DNA of 64,000 bases from positions 1-64,000 of IMG/VR virus record IMGVR_UViG_3300012944_000001, one strand, 5' to 3'. The position numbers and the translations under genes were made by a program. The stretch comes from a virus. The notes beneath the pieces are model-generated. The model worked only from the letters and a program-made list of their open reading frames with translations. It was not told the DNA's origin and did no database searches. Shown here in pieces: positions 40,914-51,232 of this stretch. Within the stretch, counting starts at the first letter, position 1. Every line of letters starts with the position of its first letter.

Positions 40914-41915
40914 CTAGAACTTGTCTGCACAGACCGGGCCGATACCTTGCTCGATGCTGATCGCCTTGGTAAGCGTACGCCCACAGCAGCAGCATGTCCC
41001 TGTGCGCCGTCCAAAGGCTTTGGCGTTCGCCAGAGACAAGAGCATGTCCGGAGTGATGTTGCGGACTTCACCAGGCGCGTACACGAATTCATGGGTCTTG
41101 GTTGCGGTCTTCATTACGACAGGTTCCGCAAGCTCGGTCAACAGCATGGCATACGGCTTGCCACTCGACTGAGAGATCTTTACTTTCCAGATCTTCTCCC
41201 CGTTGCCGTACATTCCCTCCTTCAGCTCTTCCAGGGAAGGATTGGCGACCTTGATCTCTTCCTGACGCTTACGGTCGATTTCCTTCTTAGCGCCATTGAA
41301 CAAAGGGAGAACACTGTCAATAAGCTTTGAAGCGCTGCTTTTGGTGTATTTTCCCTTTTCCAATTGCTCATTGAAAGCATCAAGCATTCCCATGCCGAAT
41401 GCCTCATCAATTGTGGTGTAGATTACGCGCAGGAAATCAACCTGCTTTTCGGCAATCTCATTCACAAGTTTTCCCTTTCCATATCCCATGGAATTCCCAT
41501 CCGTATTCCTACGCTGAGAATCGGGGTTATTCGTGATAACCGTAGTGGCGTAATTGCGGGTAGCCAATGCGGCACGGTAAAGGGCAATTCGAGAAGCGCT
41601 GTTCTCTTCACCCTTCTCATAGTCCCTTACCACGTCTTCCAGCATTGCCCACTGCTCACCGGTACGCCGCATGCTGATGAACGTCTTCTGCGCTTCCGTC
41701 CACGTACCCTCTGTGTCCTCCACCCGGGCTACGCGGGCACAAGACTTGCACAGCCTGTCGGCAGGCACACGCTCACCCATGAGAGCGACACGACCACACA
41801 GGGAGGAAACACCAGCACTCAGGGCAAGGTGTGTGACCTGCCCGCCCTTACGCGTTACCCGAACCATCTCGGCTACCGTGATCATGATGTGTGCCTCCCT
41901 GTGAACTACTGACAC
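40914..41915 (-). CDS. DUF6011-like protein (C-terminal Zn finger)
   Basis: CCCCGRTLT...SIEQGIGPVCA. Confidence 0.75.
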   Translation of the reverse strand: MSVVHREAHIMITVAEMVRVTRKGGQVTHLALSAGVSSLCGRVALMGERVPADRLCKSCARVARVEDTEGTWTEAQKTFISMRRTGEQWAMLEDVVRDYEKGEENSASRIALYRAALATRNYATTVITNNPDSQRRNTDGNSMGYGKGKLVNEIAEKQVDFLRVIYTTIDEAFGMGMLDAFNEQLEKGKYTKSSASKLIDSVLPLFNGAKKEIDRKRQEEIKVANPSLEELKEGMYGNGEKIWKVKISQSSGKPYAMLLTELAEPVVMKTATKTHEFVYAPGEVRNITPDMLLSLANAKAFGRRTGTCCCCGRTLTKAISIEQGIGPVCADKF

Positions 41916-42069
41916 TCAGACACTTCCTTAGGAGGGTGCCGGTGTCAAGACCCTAGAACAGTAAAGCTTGAGCAAAGCCTATCTAGCATGATCGAAAGCT
42001 CTGTGTGGCGTTGTAAGAGCCTTGCAGAGGAGGGGTGGACCAAGTGCCCACCCCATACCTCGCAGCCTC

Positions 42070-43116
42070 TCAGACGTCGCACACATCAATCACACGGATG
42101 ATGCTCGCCCAACCGTCTCGCGGCATACCGGAACCGTTGCGCACCCCGTACATGTTGGCGATTACTTCTGCGTTCGCAGCATTGGCTGCCGACACCGTGA
42201 ATTTGTGCCAACCGAGATCAACCGCTGCACCCGTGGACTCATCCACAACGATTTCCAACAGGTATTCCTGGGTCACCCACTGCACGCTGTTTTCCTCGGC
42301 GTACCGGGCCATTGCGGTGCAGAAACCACACACATGCCCCTCTGACGTGTTCTCAGGGGTCATGCTCATGTCTCCGTGGACTCCGCACCGAACGCACTTC
42401 TGGGGATCAAGAGGAGCATTCTGCTCAAGGGAGAACACTTCCCCCTTCACCACTCGCAGGAGCCTGTCACCCATCTTGCCCTCAGGGATCGAAAGGCACG
42501 GCATGATACGAACCATGCTGTTCGAGTTTTCCAGAATGGCCTCATACCACTCGGGAGTTCCCTCACTGGCGTAATCGCTCGACACATCACCCATTTCCAT
42601 AATGAGGATTTCGGCGACCGATTCGAAATTCATGCACAGCACGTCACCCGCACTCTGCCCGTAACGCTTCATTTCCCGCTGAATGTCACGGCAACCAGGG
42701 GTGTGGTAGTGGGTGATTCCCGCCATACCCGTCCCGTTCTGAATGACTCCGACCACGGAGACACTCAAGGCTTCCTCGGCCGCGTACTGGGCTGTCAGGA
42801 CTTCAGAGAGCGTCACCACACCCTCACGGATGTAAGCGTCTTCCAGGGCCTGAAACTCACTCAGACGCATGGTGTGTGCATCCTTGTCCGCCGTGATCTT
42901 GTTCGCTTCCGTGATGACACTCGCCGCTGTGTAGGTGAAGACGATCTTGCCCGTCTTCTGGGTGACGATCTCTACCGTGTCACCCATGCACAGCTCATCC
43001 GCGCTCTTGGCGAAGAGTTCGGCCGCCTCAACCGCGCGTCCCTTGTTCGTGTAGGTCTTGTCCTGTGTGATCCCGTTGAGCTTGATCATGTATACCGTTG
43101 CGGCCATTTCGATCAC
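42070..43116 (-). CDS. hypothetical protein with Zn-finger motifs
   Basis: AAGGAG RBS; CVRC...CGFC. Confidence 0.75.
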   Translation of the reverse strand: MIEMAATVYMIKLNGITQDKTYTNKGRAVEAAELFAKSADELCMGDTVEIVTQKTGKIVFTYTAASVITEANKITADKDAHTMRLSEFQALEDAYIREGVVTLSEVLTAQYAAEEALSVSVVGVIQNGTGMAGITHYHTPGCRDIQREMKRYGQSAGDVLCMNFESVAEILIMEMGDVSSDYASEGTPEWYEAILENSNSMVRIMPCLSIPEGKMGDRLLRVVKGEVFSLEQNAPLDPQKCVRCGVHGDMSMTPENTSEGHVCGFCTAMARYAEENSVQWVTQEYLLEIVVDESTGAAVDLGWHKFTVSAANAANAEVIANMYGVRNGSGMPRDGWASIIRVIDVCDV

Positions 43117-43201
43117 TCCTTTTGTGGGTCAAGCCTTGCAGGGTAACCATACCCCCATAGCCACGCTCGCAAACTCACGAGGATGACTAAACAGGTAAGG
43201 G

Positions 43202-43489
43202 TCAGACTGCGCAGCCTACGAACAGCGCGTAAGCCATGTTCTCAAGGTTCCTGTAGTCGTAGGTCATCCATGCGTTCATGTTCCTACGTGCCATGGCGTC
43301 CATGGTGGCTGCTGCGCGCTCAACGATCCAGGAGCGCTCAGTCTCGGTCACCTCACACATGAACTGTCCCTGGTACTCCACGCCGTTCATCAGCCGCTCA
43401 CGCAAGCCTGACAGCGTCCGTGAAGGAAGCAGGATGGACATGTCCACCACGTACTGACGCTGTTCCCTGTTGATCTCAATCAGGATCAT
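43202..43489 (-). CDS. hypothetical protein
   Basis: GAGG RBS; TTGACA upstream at about 43547-43552. Confidence 0.65.
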   Translation of the reverse strand: MILIEINREQRQYVVDMSILLPSRTLSGLRERLMNGVEYQGQFMCEVTETERSWIVERAAATMDAMARRNMNAWMTYDYRNLENMAYALFVGCAV

Positions 43490-43554
43490 GATCCCTGCCT
43501 CTCATCGGTACTGCCTACTAACCACATCCTCCCATACACAGTCCCCCTGTCAAG

Positions 43555-44630
43555 GTCCCCTACAGGTAAAGGCTCCCTAAAGGATTTCGCGGCGAACCAT
43601 AGAAATTTTCATATGTCAATACCTACTCCCACGTATAGTAGAGAAACCCCTACACACCCTTCTAAGAACCTCTCAGCACTCTCTAGGTCTCCTCATACCA
43701 ACCCTCACCTACCAGGCCCTTACAGACGATTTTCACTCACTGTAGGGACTAGACCAATAGACCACAGAGTCTAGACCACTATTGGTATATCCTCTGACCT
43801 GGTGTGGTTCACTGTAGATGCATATGCATATCCCTTAGACCCACAAACCATACCCTAGGTACTCTATGTCTTTCTCTGTACCTTATGTCCAATATAAAGA
43901 TACTCTCTGTTACTAGACAACAGTAGACAGGTACATATCATAGTTAATCAGGATATATCCTAGTACATGGGTAACTAAGAGATTAGTCAATACATACCAT
44001 TACCAATAGGGATAACATAGGTAACTTAGGGAAAAGGCATAATATAGCCTCACATGAGTAACATACGGGATATAGAAGATATACCATTACTAGGCACTAC
44101 AAATACCCATATATCCCCCAATTTCCACTCGTATCTATCCATTCTTATCTAAAATAGTCTTTTATAGTCCATTACATCGCATTTCAGCGCACAATAGCCT
44201 ATTAGACCCATACCAGACTAATATACTCATATCTCGCACACCTCTCATACCTAATATATCCTCTAATATGCTCTCATTCTGGTTCTTTATATCATGTATG
44301 GTGTCAATACACCCTTATAGAGCATACTTCTCCTATAGGAAAAGAAGGCATAAAGTGCATTTCTCATATCATATGTGACGTTAGGAACATATCTTCTATA
44401 TCAGGTATAAAGGACATCTCAGCGCATAGTACACATAGAGTATATGAGGGGCAAAACGGACATTCAGGGTAGAAATAGCCTATATGGGGAGGGGGTACCT
44501 TTAAAACGGACATATGGGGATATAGTGGGCCTAGTTTTCCGATTATGATTTCATGTTTATGCGGGGTACAGTATCTAAAAATTACTAACAGTATCGAGTA
44601 TTGCGATAAAGTATCTTATTTGATATACTC
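43555..44630. other. long non-coding region (candidate genome terminus, packaging or replication region)
   Basis: No ORF of 60 aa or more over 1.1 kb; lies between divergent transcription units; GGACAT repeats. Confidence 0.5.
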
Positions 44631-44635
44631 TCTGT

Positions 44636-45040
44636 ATGAATCATGAACTAAGAAACTATAGTAAGAAGACTTTAAAAGGGTATTGTCTTACCTGTAATGG
44701 AATAGTAGATATAAAGAATAGAGGAAAAGAATATCTATGCTTTCGCACACCTGAGTATGCAATTCCACAAATACCTAAGAAAGAACCTAAACCTAAAAAG
44801 AAATATGTATATGACCAGACATATAAACATGGGCTAAAAAGAAGCGAAGCGGATGCTATGAAAGCTATTAATCCTTGTGCTATATGTGGAGAAACAGATA
44901 TATCTAAGTTATGTATTGATCATTGTCATAAAACTTTGATTATTAGAGGAGTGCTATGTAATGACTGTAATTTAGGTATAGGTAGATTTAAGGATAATCC
45001 AGATCTTTTGGTGGCTGCCGCTAAATACCTTAAGGGATAA
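44636..45040 (+). CDS. endonuclease VII-type (His-Me) endonuclease
   Basis: CAICG...LCIDHCH....RGVLCNDCNLGIG.FKDNP. Confidence 0.85.
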   Translation: MNHELRNYSKKTLKGYCLTCNGIVDIKNRGKEYLCFRTPEYAIPQIPKKEPKPKKKYVYDQTYKHGLKRSEADAMKAINPCAICGETDISKLCIDHCHKTLIIRGVLCNDCNLGIGRFKDNPDLLVAAAKYLKG

Positions 45041-45043
45041 AAG

Positions 45044-45229
45044 ATGTGTATAAACTGTTCTGAGTATGAGTATTCAAGGAATTGTGGTCCTGATTGTACA
45101 GATCATAATTGGGTATTGGAAACGGCTTTCTCTGATGAAGAGGGTTGGTACTATAGTTGTTCTATATGTAATAACGGTAAATGGGTACTACCAGGCCAGA
45201 CAGCTCTTGACGCGCCAAATTGGGACTGA
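45044..45229 (+). CDS. small Cys-rich protein
   Basis: Several CxxC. Confidence 0.5.
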   Translation: MCINCSEYEYSRNCGPDCTDHNWVLETAFSDEEGWYYSCSICNNGKWVLPGQTALDAPNWD

Positions 45230-45448
45230 TAGAGTACCTATATGGTAATCTGCGATAGGGATCTATAATGGTCGATAAGATAAAGAAGAACTACCTGGAG
45301 CCATATGATACTAAAGAACAAGCATTAGCTGCTCTGGAAAGATTCTCTAAAGATATTAAAAGGATGCGCTTTATAGGAAGAGGTATTACTTTGACAGTAG
45401 AGAAATATCAGAAGCGTTGGTGGATAGTAGCTATTGACCGTAGATAAC

Positions 45449-45491
45449 AAAGAAATCCCCGATCTCGTTTATAGAGAAAGGGGATTTCTTT
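45449..45491. terminator. bidirectional terminator
   Basis: AAAGAAATCCCC...GGGGATTTCTTT. Confidence 0.75.
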
Positions 45492-46052
45492 ACTTACTAT
45501 ATGGACATTCAGGGTTGGGACAACTGTCTCCGCTGGATATACCACCACATCTACATGTATAAGGCATAATTATTACTTGGCTTTCTTGTAGTTGGGACAT
45601 TCAGAATTAGGGCAGTTACCTCCACTGCTCTGGGCACGGCATTTTGGACATACATATTCTTCTTTTGGTTTAGGCACAATAGTTCTCCTTTTTATTAGTT
45701 ATGCTTTGCCCATGCTATTACTTCTTCTCTGGTATTCGCTGAGAACATATTAAGTCCTCTTCGTTCAGCAACCCATTTTTCATCTACTAATTTTATAACA
45801 TAGTCATTTACTTTTTCATACTTCACAGGTTAGCCTTTCTTTGGTTCTGATGCGGGTACAGGCTTTCTGGGAAGATCTGCTGGCGGAAGTATTGGTCTGT
45901 TGATTAGCATTATCGATTATTCCTCTGCTCTTTATGGTTATAGAACTTACATAGACATTTAACTTTATCCGGGCCGAACTTAGAAGTACATTTCTTATGG
46001 TCTTTCCTCATACAGGCTGGACATATTCCCATACTGTCCCGGGAGTTTTCCC

Positions 46053-46673
46053 TTACCATCTATAGACTCCCTCCGAAGTATAGCTTTCCGTAATAATAGG
46101 TTCCATAGAGCCTAATTGAAATTCTCCCAGAAGGCGCTGAGGATCCTTCTTATGGCCTCGCAGGTATGCGTAGGTCTCCTTGTTCCATAGAGCATCTGCT
46201 AGAGCGTTGTGGGCCCCTTCAGACTGCTCTGGGACCCTAGGATTTCCCATACTTACCATCAGACTCTTCAAGTCATTGGTATACATGGGAATTCCATGAG
46301 GAAGATCAATCATTCGCCCGAAAAGCTGACAGAGTGCAACATGGTCATAGGCTGAATAGTAAGCCCACAATTCGGGATTAGTAGTACCTATAATGAATTT
46401 TCTTACTTCCTCGGCAATAGTTTCTTTAGATTTTATAGCCGAGTAATCTGGGTGCTTTGTGTTGTAACCTAAAGTACCTTCTTCATTGATTGAATAAGGA
46501 AGATACTTGAGAACATTTTTTAACAGCCAAGGATTGGTGCTGGCATCGAATATTACTGAATAGTCATCTACAACAGCGTAATACTTCTTACCGTCTTCTC
46601 GGACCATTCCTATACTGATGAGACGAATAGTCTCTCCATTTTCCAGAAATTCAGTATCATAAAATATTTTGAT
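46053..46673 (-). CDS. DEDDh 3'-5' exoribonuclease (Rv2179c/DUF5051-like), probable ATC start
   Basis: IFYDTEFLENG...LISIGMV, AYDHV, HNALADA; ExoI motif lies upstream of the first ATG. Confidence 0.8.
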   Translation of the reverse strand: MKIFYDTEFLENGETIRLISIGMVREDGKKYYAVVDDYSVIFDASTNPWLLKNVLKYLPYSINEEGTLGYNTKHPDYSAIKSKETIAEEVRKFIIGTTNPELWAYYSAYDHVALCQLFGRMIDLPHGIPMYTNDLKSLMVSMGNPRVPEQSEGAHNALADALWNKETYAYLRGHKKDPQRLLGEFQLGSMEPIITESYTSEGVYRW

Positions 46674-47181
46674 GGTATTTCTCCTTATAGTTCTTTATTC
46701 TTCTTATATAGTTCGTTGGCATTCTTATCGGAAAGAATAAAAGTATGCCTTTTGTCATAGAGATACCATTTTCTTTTCCTGCGGTTGAATTTCATATAAC
46801 TGCCGTTCTCCATAGGGATACATTCTCCCCATAGTTGTCCCTTTTTAAAGAAAACCATCAATACTTCTTTCTATATTCCTGTATAACCTCTGTAGTTACC
46901 GATATTCCATGATCTGCCAAGATATATACCAAGTCTTCCGGAGAAATATTTCTATTATCTGTGTAATTAAGGGGTACTTCCAGACTCCATAGAAGATACT
47001 TAAGCATTCTGGCAGTTTTAGCTACTAATTTCATTACCTCCCTCGGAATTTCTTAAGATTTTCCTTATTCTTATTAGAAGTAATAAGATTTCCCTTTTTA
47101 TCATAGAGATACCATCGTTTAGTTACCGTATAAAAACGGATATACCTACCGCCAGAAAGTACTTCTGGATCTCCCCAATCC

Positions 47182-47709
47182 TTATCTTCCACTGATTTCC
47201 TCTTTCCATTCCCGTATTATTTCGAAATGCCCGTCTTCCAGGCCGAATTTAGGACTGACCAACATAGTTGCGCTTCCTGGAGCACAATTCTCTTCAACCC
47301 AGGCTCTGTCTCTTCTGGTTACCTCATCATCAATCCACAGAAAGGGAATTCCTGGACGGTTTTCATTCATCCAGGCTACTAATTTCTGAGTTTTCCAATG
47401 AAGTCTCTCTGTATCCCAGAGATCTCGGTCTTCCCAAGGAATATGTGGGAGTACCGGTAAACCTATATGTGGTCCGATCCAGTCATTCGCTTCTTCCTCC
47501 CAAGCAGTAGCCCATATCAACTCACAACCTATCTCCATTAGGCGGAAGCCATCAGTGGCTCTCAGACGGATTTTCATAGGGTTACCTGTCTCCCAACCCC
47601 TAGGACGGCTGCTGTGCTCTACAAACCCCGCTGGAAGCCCTTTAGGAGCACTCCAAGGGTTCAGTGGCCCGTCAACATCCAGGAGTAGTATCGGTTTCGA
47701 CACGCTCAA
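47182..47709 (-). CDS. HAD phosphatase (Swiss-army-knife RNA repair type)
   Basis: LLLDVDGPLNP, WATAW, WK, WIDD. Confidence 0.8.
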   Translation of the reverse strand: MSVSKPILLLDVDGPLNPWSAPKGLPAGFVEHSSRPRGWETGNPMKIRLRATDGFRLMEIGCELIWATAWEEEANDWIGPHIGLPVLPHIPWEDRDLWDTERLHWKTQKLVAWMNENRPGIPFLWIDDEVTRRDRAWVEENCAPGSATMLVSPKFGLEDGHFEIIREWKEEISGR

Positions 47710-47842
47710 TCATCCTTTGCATTTACTTTATCCAATCAATCCGACCAAAACGCCAGATGCGGGAGCTGTGCTTGCATGAATTCCAGACCCATGTGACAGT
47801 CCCGCATCTATGGCAATACCATTGAAATCTATTCCACATATT

Positions 47843-48031
47843 TTACTTAATAAGTCTCGTTGGTACTTCTGCATGAGCTAACCAGCGAGCACATTCCTGT
47901 TTGGTGAGACCTAAATATTCATATAGAGGAATACCCGTCTTACCTAAAGAAGACCACTCTTGTGTTTGCGCTGTCAGAAGATTTTTGGCTCTCTTTTTAC
48001 TATCTCCTGCTCCAGGTTTAAAAAGACCCAT
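47843..48031 (-). CDS. hypothetical protein
   Basis: GAAAGGA RBS; LYEYLGLT motif. Confidence 0.5.
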   Translation of the reverse strand: MGLFKPGAGDSKKRAKNLLTAQTQEWSSLGKTGIPLYEYLGLTKQECARWLAHAEVPTRLIK

Positions 48032-48425
48032 ATTTAATCCTTTCCTCATTACACCAGGCATGTAGTGCTACTACATTTCTTTTGTGGATAATCATTTCTA
48101 CATATTGATAATCTTTGTGTTCTTGGGTAATAGTCAAATTACAGTACATGCAACGATAACCTTCTGGAATATTGATTCCTATTTCCAGTTTCTTTTTCCA
48201 GTCCAGAGGATACAGCGTATCGCTCTTAAGGTTATTACACGTCTTATGTGTTAACTGGATATTGGATCTTTCATTACCTCCACCAGAAGCCCGAGGAACG
48301 ATATGGTCACGGGACGCATCAATCAATTCCACGTACTTACCGCATAAGGCACAGATACCCTCATAGTCAGCATGTATCTTTACCAGCGGTTTGGAGTAAT
48401 AAGAACTTTGATTTTTGTGTCCCAT
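48018..48425 (-). CDS. HNH endonuclease
   Basis: CALCG...DHIVPRASGG...NIQLTHKTCNNLK. Confidence 0.88.
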   Translation of the reverse strand: MGHKNQSSYYSKPLVKIHADYEGICALCGKYVELIDASRDHIVPRASGGGNERSNIQLTHKTCNNLKSDTLYPLDWKKKLEIGINIPEGYRCMYCNLTITQEHKDYQYVEMIIHKRNVVALHAWCNEERIKYGSF

Positions 48426-48791
48426 GATGACCTCTTACTTGTTTTTTACCGCCTCTAGATATTGGCTAAAAGTTTTTCTATAGAGAAACTGTCTCATTGC
48501 TTGCCAGCACTTAGGACCAAGCTCATGTTCCTTTGGATGACCAGTCAGTAGACACGGACCTATCTCTTTGATATCCTCTACACTCTTGTAGTTCATATAT
48601 TTGACTTTCTGTTCTTTGTTGAACCCCCACCGTTCTCCCTTATAGAGAACTCTAGCAGAATCTGTACCCCCTTGGCAACCAGAGACCTGCACTTGATTAA
48701 CCAGACGAAGTTTGGTAGTATGTGGTATGTCGAAGCATTACCTAGAAAAAGCATAAATATAAAGTCTTCCAAAGAAACATATTATAGACAC

Positions 48792-48820
48792 TTGACAGTC
48801 TGTGGTACCTTCTGTATACT
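48792..48820 (+). promoter_or_regulatory. sigma70-type promoter
   Basis: TTGACA-N17-TATACT. Confidence 0.75.
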
Positions 48821-48899
48821 TTCTTTTATAACAAAGATACTAGAACATACATATATGTTTCTTCTATGTATCTATATATTCTATTTATAGGAGAAATAT

Positions 48900-49076
48900 A
48901 TGGAAGGCATTAAAAAGACTAAGCTGTCCAGAAGTGTTCGTCTGGAAAAAGATACTTTAGACGAACTGAAAAGATTAGCAGAGGAAATGAATATAGGTAT
49001 TACTGTTTATATAAGAAGAGTATTAGAAGCAGTAGTAGAAAATTCTAAGAATCCAGAGATACTAGAGGCAGTTTAA
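48900..49076 (+). CDS. ribbon-helix-helix DNA-binding protein (not in ORF track)
   Basis: AGGAG RBS; RSVRLEKDTLDELKRLAEEMNIGITVYIRRVLE. Confidence 0.65.
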   Translation: MEGIKKTKLSRSVRLEKDTLDELKRLAEEMNIGITVYIRRVLEAVVENSKNPEILEAV

Positions 49077-49077
49077 T

Positions 49078-49287
49078 ATGAAGGATTCTCTGGAAGAAGT
49101 TCTTTACACTTCTATTTATAATCATTTGATAAAAGAAATAAAAATAGAAGAAGAGTATGAAAAAAGATTTGTAGATGCTTTGGTAAAAACAGCCACAGAA
49201 GGTGTACAAGAGTATGTAAGGGACCTGGAAGAAGCAGTATCACATCTTCAAGAAACAGTCAAGAGGTTAAGTCATGTTGACTCTTGA
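49078..49287 (+). CDS. hypothetical protein
   Basis: Operonic. Confidence 0.55.
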   Translation: MKDSLEEVLYTSIYNHLIKEIKIEEEYEKRFVDALVKTATEGVQEYVRDLEEAVSHLQETVKRLSHVDS

Positions 49288-49492
49288 GGAAAAACTTGCT
49301 AGGTTCTTGGCAGTAGCTGTTTGGCAACTTGGGGGTAGCCTACAGATTTCTAAAGAACTCATTGACAGCATGGTACCGGTTAGACTAGTATTAGACGAAA
49401 CATCAGAAACTGATCAAGTAACTTTGGCAGTTATTAACAATGACGTTATTACTATAGTTATTGACAAAGCTGGTGCAGTAGAGGTACAGTAA
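49274..49492 (+). CDS. hypothetical protein
   Basis: Operonic. Confidence 0.55.
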   Translation: MLTLEEKLARFLAVAVWQLGGSLQISKELIDSMVPVRLVLDETSETDQVTLAVINNDVITIVIDKAGAVEVQ

Positions 49493-49717
49493 TGAGTACT
49501 TACTCAGAACGTAAATGTTGGTTTACTACGTGTCAAGGACAGAAAGCTTTTTGGGTAACCATTAATGGAACTCTAAGACATGTGTGCAAAAAACACTGGA
49601 AAGTATTTTCATCTTCCAAAGAAGATGAAGCTTGACTTTAGGATGGCCGGATGTTACAATGAACTTGCCTCCTTTCAACAGGGAGTATACGGTCCCCTCT
49701 CCCGTATACTCCCACCT

Positions 49718-49789
49718 CGGGTGCGAGGAAGATGGCAATCCGCCTGGTTTGGGACCAGGATAAACTGAGTTCGATTCTCAGGCATCCGA
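49718..49789 (+). tRNA. tRNA-Pro(TGG)
   Basis: Cloverleaf; CCTGG-TT-TGG-GA-CCAGG; TTCGATT. Confidence 0.88.
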
Positions 49790-49934
49790 CTAGTCATGTA
49801 TTTGCTAACGATAAATAATGGCAAATGTAAGAACCCATGGTAATGGGACGCATGGCAATAATTTGAGTTAGCACAAATGTATACACTCTCAAATATAAAT
49901 AAATATTAGTGCTCAACATTTAATAACTCATTAT

Positions 49935-50008
49935 GCCGTTGTAGCTCAGTCCGGAAGAGCATTCGGTTGAAGCCCGAAGGGTCGTAGGTTCGAATCCTAC
50001 CGGCGGCA
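49935..50008 (+). tRNA. tRNA-Phe(GAA)
   Basis: Cloverleaf; TTCGG-TT-GAA-GC-CCGAA. Confidence 0.9.
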
Positions 50009-50056
50009 CTATGAGTCTCTGGATACTCATAGAGGAACACAACAAAATCCAGAAAT

Positions 50057-50128
50057 GGCGCAATAGCTCAGAGGAAGAGCATCCGCTTCATACGCGGCAG
50101 GTCGCTGGTTCGAATCCAGCTTGCGCTA
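50057..50128 (+). tRNA. tRNA-Met(CAT) (elongator Met or Ile2)
   Basis: Cloverleaf; TT-CAT-AC loop. Confidence 0.85.
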
Positions 50129-50129
50129 C

Positions 50130-50206
50130 TGCACGGATAGAGAAACGATGTCTCACCAGCCTCATAAGCTGAAAAGTAGTGGGTTTGACTCCCGCCTGTG
50201 CCCCCA
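50130..50206 (+). tRNA. tRNA-Met(CAT), atypical, initiator-like 1:72 mismatch
   Basis: CCAGC-CT-CAT-AA-GCTGA; T-loop TTTGACT; encoded CCA. Confidence 0.65.
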
Positions 50207-50278
50207 CTTAACAATGTTAATTTTGACAATGCCCTATCTTGCGTGGTACTCTTCAGTCCTCAACGACTTGGAGGAATT

Positions 50279-50632
50279 ATGGGAGATAGGGCAAACGTTT
50301 ATATTCACGAAGGTGATTCGCCTGGTGTATATTTATATACTCACTGGGATGGTACAGAACTTCCACAGATTGTGCAAAGTTCTCTACTAACAGCTAGAGC
50401 AATATCTAGATCTACAGATATTGCCTATCTAACTAGAATTATCTTTGAAGATATGATAAAGGATGATTTAGGCGGAGAAACGGGATACGGTGTTTCTGCG
50501 GAAGTACAAGATGGGGATGATCGGATAGTAGATATTAATGTAGATTTCCGTAATGGAATCACAACTACTTTAATCGGTTATCCTTATACTTGGGCAGATA
50601 TTCCTGAAGATCCGTTTTCATTTGAAGATTAA
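50279..50632 (+). CDS. hypothetical protein
   Basis: GGAGG RBS; MGDRAN...YLYTHWDG motif. Confidence 0.7.
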   Translation: MGDRANVYIHEGDSPGVYLYTHWDGTELPQIVQSSLLTARAISRSTDIAYLTRIIFEDMIKDDLGGETGYGVSAEVQDGDDRIVDINVDFRNGITTTLIGYPYTWADIPEDPFSFED

Positions 50633-50711
50633 GTAAACTATTGACGGGCCTGGGTCCTACACTGTAGGATGGATGAGAGCCAGTGAGTTGAGGGTGGTAC
50701 CTCTTCCTAAT

Positions 50712-50784
50712 GCGATATTAGTGTTTAACGGCAGCACGACAGTCTTCCAAACTGTAAGAGGGAGTTCGAATCTCCTATATCGCT
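50712..50784 (+). tRNA. tRNA-Gly(TCC)
   Basis: Cloverleaf; ACAGT-CT-TCC-AA-ACTGT. Confidence 0.9.
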
Positions 50785-50842
50785 CGTAATGAGGTTCTGC
50801 GGTACGCCTCCTGGTGAAAAACCAGATAAACACCGCCTTTAT

Positions 50843-50913
50843 TCCCCGATGGTGTAACGGTAGCACTACTGCCTCTGGAGCAGTAAGACTTGGTTCGAAT
50901 CCAGGTTGGGGAG
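50843..50913 (+). tRNA. tRNA-Gln(CTG)
   Basis: Cloverleaf; ACTGC-CT-CTG-GA-GCAGT. Confidence 0.9.
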
Positions 50914-51161
50914 CGGGCGTAAGTAGGGCAAATAGTAAGCGCACGGATACTAGTCAAGTCGTGTGATAGGGTATGTCCGAAGATTCTAGAGCGTGTAAAT
51001 CGACTCAGAGCGCGCACACCACTTGGTATGTAAGAATGAGGAGCCCCCAGCAATGAATGGTCGATACTGGGAATAGGTGACGCTCATTGATAAACCTCCT
51101 GAAAAATAAAAGGGAGGCCAAAGTTCATATGTCCATTACCATATGACGCATATCAATACTT

Positions 51162-51232
51162 TCCCCCTTGGTGTAATGGCAGCACACGAGCCTTTGGATC
51201 TCGTAGTTTTGGTTCGATCCCAGACGGGGGAG
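51162..51232 (+). tRNA. tRNA-Gln(TTG)
   Basis: Cloverleaf; CT-TTG-GA loop. Confidence 0.85.

Noticed and set aside
50785-50840. HDV-like (theta) ribozyme after tRNA-Gly
   Set aside because: A P1/P2/P4-like arrangement is present, but there is no P3/L3 or P1.1, and it does not start at the tRNA 3' end
50657-51053. Minus-strand ORFs across the tRNA cluster (also 52540-52743, 59693-60244)
   Set aside because: They are antisense translations of tRNA genes
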